The notes: a model not told the origin generated them from the sequence alone. Numbered from the stretch's first letter, positions 1 to 9,807 are shown. The stretch is DNA of 64,000 nt from an uncultured Candidatus Planktophila sp. (GCA_964594645.1 CAZQNP010000003.1:4359-68358), one strand, 5' to 3'. Program-made: numbers and translations.

Positions 1-300
1 GTGGTAAATAGATGGCACCGCAAATTGAGCCAAGATAATAATAAAGACGAAGAGATTATCTACAGACAAAGACTTCTCTACTAAGTACGCTGCAAAATAC
101 TCGGTTCCAAATTGTGAACCAGCTGTTTGCCAGACCCACACACCAAATGCGATAGCGATGCCAATGTAGAAAATTGACCATATGGCGGCCTCTTTGAACA
201 TTACATCGTGAGGCTTACGACTTACGGTAAGTAGATCGACGACGATCAGCGCCAAAATCGCACCGACGACGAGCGCCCACGTTAAAAGGGTTACATCCAT
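1..300 (-). CDS. TerC/Alx-family membrane protein (5' part; runs off the window start)
   Basis: Hand translation from ATG 300: MDVTLLTWALVVGAILALIVVDLL...EYFAAYLVEKSLSVDNLFVFIII; the SLSVDNLFVF motif is the TerC/Alx signature; preceded by a yybP-ykoY riboswitch. Confidence 0.9.
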   Translation of the reverse strand, partial: MDVTLLTWALVVGAILALIVVDLLTVSRKPHDVMFKEAAIWSIFYIGIAIAFGVWVWQTAGSQFGTEYFAAYLVEKSLSVDNLFVFIIILAQFAVPSIYH

Positions 301-329
301 GAATACACCTATATTCGTTGAAGGGGGCC

Positions 330-442
330 TGGTGCCAAGGTCTCCCTCAACCGCTAGCTATTCAAAAGCTATGTGGTCGCAGCTCCGGGATATTTCTATC
401 CGTATTGACGAAGATGCCGAACGAGGTACTCCCCTTAACGTT
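330..442 (-). ncRNA. yybP-ykoY manganese riboswitch
   Basis: Minus strand reads AAGGGGAGUA...CGUCAAUAC...GAGACCUU, the conserved elements of this class, directly upstream of terC/alx; TAGTAT -10 just upstream. Confidence 0.85.
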
Positions 443-542
443 GGCACATACTAGGTTGGGAGAAAACTGAGTGCAAATTGAACACGGCTTTCACCCCCAT
501 TTTCATCTTGTGATTATCCTGTGAATAGGCCACAGTTCATGA

Positions 543-2123
543 ATGCAAACAGGTAGAAGTGTTGTTTACGCCCGAAAAGGTGGTGCTGCGGCAAGCCAGC
601 CATTGGCGGTAACGGCGGCGATTAACATCTTGAATCAGGGTGGTTCCTTTATCGATGCCGCTATCGCGCTAAGTGCAGTGATCTGCGTTGTTGAGCCAGG
701 TGCATCTCACCTCGGCGGCGATGCATTTCTAGTTACCCACCATGCATCAAGCAAAACCAACTTGGCTTTCAATGGCAGTGGAGAAGGTTCTAATGCGGCA
801 ACACCAGAAAACTATAAAGATGGAATTCCGATGCATGGATATAAATCTGGAACTGTTCCGGGTTTAGTTTCAACCTGGTTTGAAGCGCATGATCGATACG
901 GAAAGTTACCAATGGCAACTTTGTTGCAGCAGGCTATTGATTATGCAGAAAATGGTTTTCCGGCAAACACAGGTTTTGTTCGCAGAATTGCAGGTCACCT
1001 GAAGTTAGCTCCCAATACTCAACTCTTTAAAGATATGGGAATCGATGTAAATATAAAGGTTGGCGATTTAGTTGTTCAAAAAGAGCTCGCCCAATCTTTG
1101 CGTGAAATTGCAGCTGGTGGACGAGCAGCATTTTATGAAGGACGAATCGCTCGGCAATTAGTTGCAGGATCTGTGGGTTGGTTTAGCGCCGAAGATCTTA
1201 AGAATCACACAACGAGAGTTTTAGCACCCCTTTCCGTTAAGTACCGCGACATCACCGTTTATGGTCAACCTCCTCCGACACAGGGAATGATCCTCATGGA
1301 AGAGCTCTTAATCAATGAGCGGTTTGAGATCGCATCACTTACTGAGGCCGATCGAATCCATATTGGTGTTGAGTCAAAAAAGATTGGTTTCGCCGATCGC
1401 AACGCGATCCTTGGAGATCCAGAGTTTATTGCGGTCAATACCGAGAAGATTCTTTCGCAATCTCATATTGACCAACGAGTGGCGCAGCTTTCAATGGATT
1501 CTGCAGGCAGCGATATTGCACCTGTTAGTGAAGGCAGCGATACAACCTACTTTTTGGTGGCAGATTCTGAAGGCAATGCGGTCTCATGGATTCAATCAGT
1601 GTTTCATGGCTTTGGAAGTTCGTGGGTAATTCCAGGCACAGGAATCATTTTAAATAATCGACTTACTGGATTTTCTTTAGACCCACAATCACCAAACATC
1701 ATCGCTCCGGGTAAGCGCCCAGCACATACCTTGAATGCTTTTACTGCGGTGCATCCAGATGGTTCTTTGTATCTTGTCGGGGGAACTCCGGGTGCAAACA
1801 TCCAGGTGCAAAGTAATCTGCAGCTAATCATTAACATGATTGATTTGAAGATGAATGTCCAAGAAGCAACTGAAGCGCCACGTTGGCAACATCTCAATGC
1901 TCCAGGACAGAGCTCAGAGCATGAAAAGGGTGCGGGAGTTCTTGAAATAGAGAATCGAGTCCCTGCTGAAGTTCTAGAACAGCTACGTGCAAAGGGTCAT
2001 GATGTTCGTCCGCTAGCCGCTTGGGGACATGGTTCATCAGTTCAAATGATGGAGGTTCTTGCTAATGGAACCTTTGCATTTGGATCGGACCCTCGCTGCG
2101 AAGGTCACGCTGCGGGAATTTAG
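543..2123 (+). CDS. Gamma-glutamyltransferase family protein (cytoplasmic, YwrD/HpxW-like)
   Basis: Motifs LGGDAF, GSDTTY (Thr nucleophile), GIILNNR, PGKRP, GTPG, SDPR; no signal peptide. Confidence 0.9.
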   Translation: MQTGRSVVYARKGGAAASQPLAVTAAINILNQGGSFIDAAIALSAVICVVEPGASHLGGDAFLVTHHASSKTNLAFNGSGEGSNAATPENYKDGIPMHGYKSGTVPGLVSTWFEAHDRYGKLPMATLLQQAIDYAENGFPANTGFVRRIAGHLKLAPNTQLFKDMGIDVNIKVGDLVVQKELAQSLREIAAGGRAAFYEGRIARQLVAGSVGWFSAEDLKNHTTRVLAPLSVKYRDITVYGQPPPTQGMILMEELLINERFEIASLTEADRIHIGVESKKIGFADRNAILGDPEFIAVNTEKILSQSHIDQRVAQLSMDSAGSDIAPVSEGSDTTYFLVADSEGNAVSWIQSVFHGFGSSWVIPGTGIILNNRLTGFSLDPQSPNIIAPGKRPAHTLNAFTAVHPDGSLYLVGGTPGANIQVQSNLQLIINMIDLKMNVQEATEAPRWQHLNAPGQSSEHEKGAGVLEIENRVPAEVLEQLRAKGHDVRPLAAWGHGSSVQMMEVLANGTFAFGSDPRCEGHAAGI

Positions 2124-3460
2124 AGTGAAGCGAAGGCTTCATCAAGAACGCTTAACGCATCCTTGAGAAGCTCATCTGTAATCACAATTGGTGGCAGGAA
2201 GCGAACAACATTTGAGTATGTTCCCGCTGTCAAAATCAAAACACCCTTGCTCTGACAGTACTTAACAACCGCATTCATCGCTGCTGTGTTTGGTGTCTTT
2301 GTGCCAGGCTCTACAAGCTCAATCGCTTGCATCGCACCACGGCCACGTACCTCACCAATTACTGGGTACTTAGCTTGCAATGCTCGAAGGGCATCACCGA
2401 GGATTTGGCCGACGTGATTTGCACGTGCGACCAGGTTTTCTTCTTCGATGGTTTCCATCGCACCTAACGCTGCGGCACAAGCGATTGGATTTCCGCCGTA
2501 AGTACCGCCTAGACCCGAAACATGGACAGAATCCATGATCTCTGCGCGAGCTGTGACACCTGCAAGTGGCAAGCCGCCGGCAATTCCCTTTGCGGTCACA
2601 ATCATGTCTGGCACAACATTTTCATGCTCAACGGCAAACAGGTTTCCTGTACGAGCAAATCCGGTCTGCACCTCATCTGCGATAAAAATAATTCCATTGT
2701 CAGTTGCGTACTTTGAAAGCGCTGGCAAGAATCCCTTAGGCGGTACGACGAAACCACCTTCACCTTGAATTGGTTCGATCAAGATCGCTGCAACGTTATG
2801 TGCGCCGATCTCCTTTTCAATCTTGTGGGTAATCATTTCGATTGCATCTTCAGTAATCGTTGCTTGATTGCCAACCCAATGGAATGAGTACGGCATTGGC
2901 ATACGATAAACCTCTGGTGCAAAAGGCCCGAAGCCTTCTTTGTATGGCATGTTCTTTGCGGTCAACGCCATTGTTAGGTTAGTGCGACCGTGGTAGCCAT
3001 GTTCAAAAACAACAATTGCCTGACGCTTTGTGTAATGGCGGGCAATCTTGACCGCGTTTTCTACAGCTTCTGCACCTGAGTTAACAAGTAATGACTTCTT
3101 CTTAAATGTTCCAGGTGTTAAAGCATTGAGCTTTTCGCAAACTTCGATGTAGCCCATGTATGGGGCAACGGTGAAGCAGGTGTGTGTAAATGCTTGAACC
3201 TGATCGATTACACGATCAACAACGCGTTGTGCCGCGTTACCAACGTTAGTCACGCCGATACCTGAACCAAGATCAATGATTTGATTGCCATCAATATCCA
3301 AAAGGATTGCATCACTTGCCCGCTCGATGATGACAGGAATCGCCATCCCTAGTCCCCCAGATGTCGCCTCACTGCGGCGCTGTAGCGCCTCGAGAGATTT
3401 TGGTCCCGGAATAGCGGTAACCAACCGACGCTCTTGAGTCAATGCGGTAAGTGTTGTCAT
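2120..3460 (-). CDS. gabT: 4-aminobutyrate aminotransferase (class III PLP)
   Basis: NSGAEAVENAVK, YHGRT, EPIQGEGG, DEVQTGFART, TAKGIAGG, GGTYGGNP motifs. Confidence 0.9.
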   Translation of the reverse strand: MTTLTALTQERRLVTAIPGPKSLEALQRRSEATSGGLGMAIPVIIERASDAILLDIDGNQIIDLGSGIGVTNVGNAAQRVVDRVIDQVQAFTHTCFTVAPYMGYIEVCEKLNALTPGTFKKKSLLVNSGAEAVENAVKIARHYTKRQAIVVFEHGYHGRTNLTMALTAKNMPYKEGFGPFAPEVYRMPMPYSFHWVGNQATITEDAIEMITHKIEKEIGAHNVAAILIEPIQGEGGFVVPPKGFLPALSKYATDNGIIFIADEVQTGFARTGNLFAVEHENVVPDMIVTAKGIAGGLPLAGVTARAEIMDSVHVSGLGGTYGGNPIACAAALGAMETIEEENLVARANHVGQILGDALRALQAKYPVIGEVRGRGAMQAIELVEPGTKTPNTAAMNAVVKYCQSKGVLILTAGTYSNVVRFLPPIVITDELLKDALSVLDEAFASL

Positions 3461-3516
3461 GGGTAAAGTCTAAGCCATCATTTCGTAGTTGCGAGCCGAG
3501 AAGTTAGGCTTAGAAG

Positions 3517-4950
3517 ATGAACTCACGGTTAAGAGATAGCGCACCTCTGCTTGATGCATATCTGTCGTATTTCGAAACCCAGCGCACAGCATTCACAATT
3601 CCAGGTCATAAACAGAAAGCACACCGCTTAGATCAGGGGTTGGGTGAGGTAGTTGATTCAGATACTCCGCTTTACGGCGGACTTGATGAGATAAAACTTA
3701 CTGAGGGAACACTTAAGAAAGCTGAAGAGTTAGCAGCTTCGCTGTGGGGTTCTGATTACGCACGTTTTTCAACTGGTGGTTCAACTCATGCCAATCAAGC
3801 AATTATTTTGGCGCTAGGAAAACCTGGAGACAAGGTTGCAATCACCCGTACCGCTCACCGTTCTGTTTTGAGCGCACTCGTGCTCACAGGTTTGGAACCA
3901 ATCTGGCTAACACCTGAAATCGATGAGGCAACAGGAGTTCCAACCGGTATTCCCGTGTCAGAACTTGAAAGAGTTTTGGATCAAAAGCCGATCGCACTTT
4001 TGCTTACAGAGCCTGGCTACCTTGGAACAATTTCGGAACTCCCTGCCCTTATTTCAAAGGCGCATGAGAACTCAATACCAGTGATTATCGACGCTGCCTG
4101 GGGTGGGCACTTTGGCTTTAATTCACAGATTCCAAAACATGTAATGCAACTTGGCGCAGATGCCTTAATCACAAGTGTTCACAAGGCACTTCCTGGTTAC
4201 AGCGCATCGGCGTTGCTGTTGGCACAAGGCAAGTACTTAAACCTTGCACGAATTGAGCAAAGCTTTGAGACAACTCACACAACTTCTCCTGCTGGTGCAC
4301 CACTTGCCTCAATTGATGGTTGCCGAGCATTGCTACAGACCCGTGGCGATCAATTAACTGGCGAACTCTTGAAGTATGTAATTGATTTCAAGGCTCGGGT
4401 TCAATCTGAATTTGATGTACCGATATTCTTAAACCCTGAGCAGTTTGAACCAGGAAGATTTGACCCGGTCAAGATTGTTTTGCGGGCGAATGTCCTTGGG
4501 TTGTCAGGTGTCGATGTCGAGAAAGCGCTGCAAAAAGCCAATATCCGTGTGGAAATGGCAGATCGCGACACAATTGTTTTCCTAGCCACACTTGCAGATA
4601 ACCCTGATGATTTCAACGTTTTAGCAGATGCTTTGATTCCGATTTTGAAATCTCTACAAGGGGCACCTCGGGCCACCCAAACATCACTGAGTTGGTCGAT
4701 TGTTCCAACCGTTGCTGTTTCAATGCGTGATGCTTACTTTGCAGATACCGAATATGTATCTGCAGAAAATGCTATCGGGCGAGTAAGTGCTGATCTGATT
4801 GCACCGTATCCCCCAGGTGTTGCAGTTGTAGCACCAGGAGAGGTGCTTACAGAGGCGATTGTTTCGGGGCTAGCAGCTACTCAAAAGGCTGGCGTACGAA
4901 TCGCTTATGCCAGTGATCCAACACTTGCGAGCTACCGCGTTACAAAATAG
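3517..4950 (+). CDS. Orn/Lys/Arg decarboxylase (fold-type I PLP)
   Basis: FTIPGHK, DAAWG, SVHK (PLP lysine), TTSP, PYPPG motifs. Confidence 0.88.
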   Translation: MNSRLRDSAPLLDAYLSYFETQRTAFTIPGHKQKAHRLDQGLGEVVDSDTPLYGGLDEIKLTEGTLKKAEELAASLWGSDYARFSTGGSTHANQAIILALGKPGDKVAITRTAHRSVLSALVLTGLEPIWLTPEIDEATGVPTGIPVSELERVLDQKPIALLLTEPGYLGTISELPALISKAHENSIPVIIDAAWGGHFGFNSQIPKHVMQLGADALITSVHKALPGYSASALLLAQGKYLNLARIEQSFETTHTTSPAGAPLASIDGCRALLQTRGDQLTGELLKYVIDFKARVQSEFDVPIFLNPEQFEPGRFDPVKIVLRANVLGLSGVDVEKALQKANIRVEMADRDTIVFLATLADNPDDFNVLADALIPILKSLQGAPRATQTSLSWSIVPTVAVSMRDAYFADTEYVSAENAIGRVSADLIAPYPPGVAVVAPGEVLTEAIVSGLAATQKAGVRIAYASDPTLASYRVTK

Positions 4951-4953
4951 CTT

Positions 4954-6036
4954 TTAACGCAGGTGTGATTGCTCATTCAAGGTTCGTAAAGCTCGCAAAC
5001 CATCACTAGGCCAGATGCTTACCGTGGTAATTGAGCATGGTGAAACATCAATGTGAAATATAGATTCTGCCGGAGCTCCAACGACTACCTTAGCTGCAGA
5101 TTTAATGGTTCCGTTGTGGGTTACAACTGCAACTCTTTGTCCCGGATACTCCGCTGCTATCTGACTCAACGCTGCATCAACTCTCAATGCAACATTGTCA
5201 TATGACTCCCCTTCTGGTGGGGCGAAAGCTGTTGAAGAGATCCAGGATTGGTAATCAGCTGGATATCTCTCTTTAACCTCATCAATTGAAAGCCCATCCC
5301 AGATACCAAATGAACATTCAATCCAGGCCTGCTCAAAAACGATTGGCAAGCCGGTGGCTTTAGACAAAGCTTCTGCCGTCTGCGTTGTTCGCTTAAGAGG
5401 TGAGGCGATAATGACTTCGGGGTTGAGTTTTGCAACCGCTGTTGCAACCTTCTCAGCCTGCTCTAAACCAATGTGAGTGAGCTCTGGATTTAAAGGGCCA
5501 TCACCAGAGAACTTCTTGAAGGGGGTCAAAATAGTTTCACCATGGCGAATCAAAAAGATGGTGGTTGCTTTTTCGCTAGAAAGTAAACGTTCAGTCAAGT
5601 AATTCTGCTGAGTTTGAACTACTTCTCCCCCGCCAGATTGCTGATCTAAAGCCTTATTGGCAAGGCGATCTGCATGCGAGTTTTCATCGCGAGGAATCCA
5701 GGTGTAGGTCACAAGCGATGGATTGTGAGCAGAACGTGCCGCTTGAGCAAGAACTCTCATATCAGCATGTTTGATCTGCCAGCGACCTGACATCTGCTCC
5801 ACCACAAGCTTGCTATCCATCTTTACATCTACCGTGGCATTGACATCAATCTCATTGATAGCTGTTAAGCCAGCGATTAATCCGCTGTATTCAGCAACAT
5901 TGTTTGTTGCCACGCCAATAAAGTCATAAAGCTCGGCAATGATCTTTCCATTTTCAGTAATCACCGAGCCGTAACCGGCAGGACCAGGATTACCTCGAGA
6001 TCCACCATCGGCGGTTAAAAGAAAATGTCGTGCCAC
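4954..6036 (-). CDS. Bifunctional RNase HI / histidine phosphatase (Rv2228c-like)
   Basis: N-terminal DGGSRGNPG, NNVAEY, DSKLVVEQMSG, ADRLAN; C-terminal RHGET and SPL.R phosphatase motifs. Confidence 0.92.
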   Translation of the reverse strand: MARHFLLTADGGSRGNPGPAGYGSVITENGKIIAELYDFIGVATNNVAEYSGLIAGLTAINEIDVNATVDVKMDSKLVVEQMSGRWQIKHADMRVLAQAARSAHNPSLVTYTWIPRDENSHADRLANKALDQQSGGGEVVQTQQNYLTERLLSSEKATTIFLIRHGETILTPFKKFSGDGPLNPELTHIGLEQAEKVATAVAKLNPEVIIASPLKRTTQTAEALSKATGLPIVFEQAWIECSFGIWDGLSIDEVKERYPADYQSWISSTAFAPPEGESYDNVALRVDAALSQIAAEYPGQRVAVVTHNGTIKSAAKVVVGAPAESIFHIDVSPCSITTVSIWPSDGLRALRTLNEQSHLR

Positions 6037-6765
6037 TTAAACTCCGCGCACCAAGATACAACGGCACTCTTCGCAGCGAACAACCTCATCCTCTGCTAGC
6101 TCTGAGATTCTCTTTAGCTCCACAGCGTTCACAGAAAGGTTGCATCCTGTACAAGATCCCGCTGAAAGTGCTGCCGCGCCTGCGCCGCCAGTTGTTTCTC
6201 TAATCTTTTCATAAAGATCAACGAGAGCTTTCTCAACGCCATTGGCAGTTTCAGAACGATCTTTAGCCACGGCATCTAGGTCATTGTGAATGATAGTTAG
6301 TGCATTCTCTTTACGGATTTCAAGATCTGCAATTACGGCGGCGTGCTCTGCTTCTTCTGTCTTTAGCGCTGTGATGCGCTCATTAATGGCATCAACGCGC
6401 ATCATGATTTCAAGCTCAACCTCTTCAAGTTCAGCACGACGTGCGCCAAGGGTTCCGAGTTCATGCTGGAGCTGCTCTAATTCTTTGGGTGTTGCAGAGC
6501 CACCATTAAGACGGGCCTCATCACGTGTAATACGAGAAACAATCTGTTCTACATCACCCTCTGCACGCGATAATTCGCGCTTCACATCATTTAACTCAGT
6601 TTCGGCTGCGATGCGAAGATCGCGAGCGTTGTTTGACTTAACGGTTGTGCTAGCTAACTCGGCAAGTTCTGGAAGATTGGCAGCCTTGTGTCGCAAAGAA
6701 TTTGTCTGTTGATCAAAACGCGCAATATCTAAAATCGAACGCTGGTCGCTTGGAGATGCCTTCAT
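6037..6765 (-). CDS. C4 zinc-ribbon coiled-coil protein (DUF164, Rv2229c-like)
   Basis: Long coiled coil, then CTGC...CEECRCILV; conserved position next to the RNase H fusion. Confidence 0.88.
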   Translation of the reverse strand: MKASPSDQRSILDIARFDQQTNSLRHKAANLPELAELASTTVKSNNARDLRIAAETELNDVKRELSRAEGDVEQIVSRITRDEARLNGGSATPKELEQLQHELGTLGARRAELEEVELEIMMRVDAINERITALKTEEAEHAAVIADLEIRKENALTIIHNDLDAVAKDRSETANGVEKALVDLYEKIRETTGGAGAAALSAGSCTGCNLSVNAVELKRISELAEDEVVRCEECRCILVRGV

Positions 6766-6880
6766 CCTAATTTTTCTCCTGACCGCTTATGTAAGTGTGG
6801 CTTAAGTTTAGGTCAGCGGGTAGTGAAAACCAAATACAACTAACCGATTGGGCCTTTCCGCATGGTCCTCACCGATGAGT

Positions 6881-7495
6881 TTATGAGAACAGTGTGTCTC
6901 CGTACTTTAAGAAGATCGCGATGATGATTGAGGCATAGGCTCCCGTGTAGAAAACACGTCCCCAACCTTTATCCAGGAATGCAACGATTTTTTCTTGGCG
7001 CTCAGGGGCAAAACTCCAGATGTTTTCAAGTAAGGCCACTCGAGTAATTGTTGCAAAGACTGTGATGGTTGAGAAGGTAACTAAGAGACACCAAGGGCAG
7101 AGCGCATTGATTACAAAATAAGATTGAGACAGTAGCCAGAGAGCAAAGATTAAACCGAATCCATAAACAACATGGGCTACCCGCATAAACCAACGCGGAA
7201 AGGCGACAAGCCCAAGCCCTGCGATCGCAACAGTGATTACAACTGGCTCAGTCATTAATCCAATAAATGAATTAGGAAAGCCCAGGAGCTGCGACTGCCA
7301 TGCTTTAGCTACGGTGCCGCACGAGAGAACTGAGTTAATGTTGCAAGAAAGCTGTCCTGCTGGTTGGGCAGCTAATTTAACCGCATCGATGGAGAGAACA
7401 AGGGATGCAAAGAGGCTAAGAATTGAAGAGACCAGCATCGCAATGTAAGTCTTGCGATAATCACGCAAACGCTCGATTGTTCCAGTCTCAATCAC
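6881..7495 (-). CDS. Vitamin K epoxide reductase (VKOR) family disulfide-formation protein
   Basis: SCNINSVLSCGTV, GFPN, CPWC motifs with TM helices. Confidence 0.9.
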   Translation of the reverse strand: MIETGTIERLRDYRKTYIAMLVSSILSLFASLVLSIDAVKLAAQPAGQLSCNINSVLSCGTVAKAWQSQLLGFPNSFIGLMTEPVVITVAIAGLGLVAFPRWFMRVAHVVYGFGLIFALWLLSQSYFVINALCPWCLLVTFSTITVFATITRVALLENIWSFAPERQEKIVAFLDKGWGRVFYTGAYASIIIAIFLKYGDTLFS

Positions 7496-7497
7496 GC

Positions 7498-8004
7498 TCA
7501 GAGTTTACCCTCTTTCTGGATAAGAGACTCTTTCTTCCTACAGTAAATCTGCTTCTTAACTATTGCCACAACAGTGCCATCTGCTGTTTTGATATCGACC
7601 TCAAACCACTTCAGATACTTTCCGCTCGCGGCGACTTCAGCCTTGATTTCATCGAGCTCTGCATCCCAAAGGTGGAACTCGGCAAATACTGTTGCCGTGC
7701 CAGGAGATACGTATTCAATCTCGCTTCGCTTGTCCCAGACGATGTAATCCTTGCCAAGGTTTTTCAAAATCATCACCATATAAAAGGGATCGGTCATGGC
7801 AAAGAGAGAGCCGCCAAACAAGGTGCCTACGTAATTTGATGTAAGCGCTTTTTTCTTTAGCCTCACTTTGGCATGACGAAAATCTTTGGATATCTCCAGG
7901 ATAGAGATTCCAGAAAATAGAAATGGTGGCCAGATATTGAGCATCCGACGCATACCTGCGTGCGATGTCATCAATGCTTGTAGCGGATGGTGTTTCTGAC
8001 TCAT
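7498..8004 (-). CDS. DUF4442 / PaaI-like hotdog-fold thioesterase
   Basis: NIWPPFLFSGI, NYVGTLFGGSLFAMTDPFY, VWDK; start moved to ATG 8004, which has a TACAGT -10 seven nt upstream. Confidence 0.85.
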   Translation of the reverse strand: MSQKHHPLQALMTSHAGMRRMLNIWPPFLFSGISILEISKDFRHAKVRLKKKALTSNYVGTLFGGSLFAMTDPFYMVMILKNLGKDYIVWDKRSEIEYVSPGTATVFAEFHLWDAELDEIKAEVAASGKYLKWFEVDIKTADGTVVAIVKKQIYCRKKESLIQKEGKL

Positions 8005-8042
8005 GGAGCTAACTGTAGTCGAGGGCCTGATAGCGTTTTCTC

Positions 8043-8663
8043 GTGGCGACCTTGAAATCTCTTCTGGAATCACCGGATAAATCTGTGCGCCTACAAGCGG
8101 CTTTAGCCGCTGGTGCTTATCCAGAGGATGCTTACATTGAAGTCCTAGTTGCTCAATGTGCTCATGAATCAGATTTCTTCGTTAGAGACACACTTTCTTG
8201 GGCGCTTATGCGACATGAAATTGCAAAGGTTGTTGATCGCCTAAAACCTGAATTGAACTCTGAAAACCCTCAGGCAAAAAGCCAAGCTATTCATACCTTG
8301 TCCAAAATAGGTGACAAGCAGTACTACTCATTGATTACAAATGATCATCACTTTGATTCATTAGACAAGGTTGCGGTAACCGCTTGGCGTGCTGCATCGG
8401 TATTAGTCCCAGACCATGAGAAACCCGCTCTGACTAAAATTTTAGTAAGCCAGTTGGGGCGTGGAGATTCAGATCTGCAGTTTGATCTGACCAGATTTAT
8501 CTGTGCCCTAGGCGATGTAATCGTTGAACCATTGCAGCAAGCCTCTGAGTCTGAAAAAGAGGAGGTGCGACTTCATGCAGCATTCACGTTGTTGCGTTAT
8601 CAAGAAATGAATTTGGAAGGTTCCAAGAAATCTACTTCTGGAGGCGACTCTGTAGTACCGTAA
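8043..8663 (+). CDS. HEAT-repeat protein
   Basis: SVRLQAALAAG, DFFVRDTLSWAL, QAIHTLSKIG repeats. Confidence 0.8.
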   Translation: MATLKSLLESPDKSVRLQAALAAGAYPEDAYIEVLVAQCAHESDFFVRDTLSWALMRHEIAKVVDRLKPELNSENPQAKSQAIHTLSKIGDKQYYSLITNDHHFDSLDKVAVTAWRAASVLVPDHEKPALTKILVSQLGRGDSDLQFDLTRFICALGDVIVEPLQQASESEKEEVRLHAAFTLLRYQEMNLEGSKKSTSGGDSVVP

Positions 8664-8667
8664 AACT

Positions 8668-9171
8668 ATGAGTAATCCACTTGTGGAGCGTTCTTTCAAA
8701 CACATGGCCTGGGCCAATAAGCAGATGCTCCAGATTTTGCAAGGCTTGCCAGATGAGGCAATCAACTTTTCAGCATGGAATCCCGATTGGACCGTTGGAA
8801 AGATTGCTCACCATATTGTTATTGCAGAGGGACGTTTGATCTCTCGGATCACGCAACAGGCTGCACCGGTGGAATTCGATCCACCGACGTCAGCTTCTGA
8901 TTTATCTGAACTGATTAATGTATGTGCAGAACGTGATGCTCAATTGCTTTCGCTAGTTAACACTCCTGATGAGATGCGTAGCTTTGTTCGTTATGGAAAA
9001 GAGGTTAATTTCTTGACCTCAACAATTTTGGCGCAAGCGCTTCATCATGCATCCGAACACCGAGCACAGATTTCAGATATTTTGGCAGCAAACAATATGG
9101 ATGTTTTGAATTTAGATGAGATTGATTTGTGGGCTTTCGAAAAGTGGGAAAAATCAACACTCAATAAATGA
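8668..9171 (+). CDS. DinB/YfiT family protein
   Basis: HMAWAN, WTVGKIAHH, HASEHRAQ His-metal motifs. Confidence 0.85.
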   Translation: MSNPLVERSFKHMAWANKQMLQILQGLPDEAINFSAWNPDWTVGKIAHHIVIAEGRLISRITQQAAPVEFDPPTSASDLSELINVCAERDAQLLSLVNTPDEMRSFVRYGKEVNFLTSTILAQALHHASEHRAQISDILAANNMDVLNLDEIDLWAFEKWEKSTLNK

Positions 9172-9173
9172 AA

Positions 9174-9704
9174 TTACCAGTGATCCCCTTCTCGTGGGTC
9201 ACAATATGCAGAGCTGATTTCCTGAGTGAAGCCAGACTTTCCAATCAAATACATTAAACCTTCATCTTCATCAGGAGTGAGGATTGCTACACCATCAATT
9301 AATACCCCACTCTTGCCTGTGAAACGCTTCCAACCTAAACTGCCGTAAAAATCAAATTCATCTGTTGAGAGCATGGAAATCTGGTACTCAGATCGGCAGA
9401 AATCGGTAATTGAAAAAAGTAGTTGTCTTCCAACGCCTTGCCGTTGATGATTACTTGAGACCGCCACGCCTTCAAGATAACCCACAACCACTAACTCCTG
9501 ATTTATAGAGATCTTTCTGGGCACTATCGCTCCATGCGCCACTATTTCGCCACTAATCATTCCCAGGAAACGTGCGCCGCCAAAGGTGTGAACCCAATCC
9601 TCTTCCGAAAAATCATCTTCATATGCTTCATTGAGCATTAACTTAATTGCAGTTGAGTTTTGGAGAGCAAACCCATCATCTACTTGAGAGATTTCTAGGG
9701 CCAT
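9174..9704 (-). CDS. GNAT acetyltransferase, aminoglycoside 2'-N-acetyltransferase AAC(2')-I-like
   Basis: EDWVHTFGG, GYLEGVAV, QRQGVG, FYGSLGW, TPDED and C-terminal CDPREGDHW match the AAC(2')-I pattern. Confidence 0.75.
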   Translation of the reverse strand: MALEISQVDDGFALQNSTAIKLMLNEAYEDDFSEEDWVHTFGGARFLGMISGEIVAHGAIVPRKISINQELVVVGYLEGVAVSSNHQRQGVGRQLLFSITDFCRSEYQISMLSTDEFDFYGSLGWKRFTGKSGVLIDGVAILTPDEDEGLMYLIGKSGFTQEISSAYCDPREGDHW

Positions 9705-9735
9705 TTAATTCCTTGAAGGTAATTCAAAAATCTTG

Positions 9736-9807
9736 TGGGCGGTGAGGGTTTCGAACCCCCGACATTCTCGGTGTAAACGAGACGCTCTACCACTGAGCTA
9801 ACCACCC
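9736..9807 (-). tRNA. tRNA-Val (anticodon TAC)
   Basis: GGGTGGTTAGCTCAGTGGTAGAGCG-TCTCG-TTTACAC-CGAGA-ATGTC-GGGGGTTCGAAACCCTC-ACCGCCCA cloverleaf; CCA not encoded. Confidence 0.97.

Noticed and set aside
6866-9760. Possible att duplication of the tRNA-Val 3' end bounding an island
   Set aside because: Only an 8-bp match (CCTCACCG) in inverted orientation; no integrase
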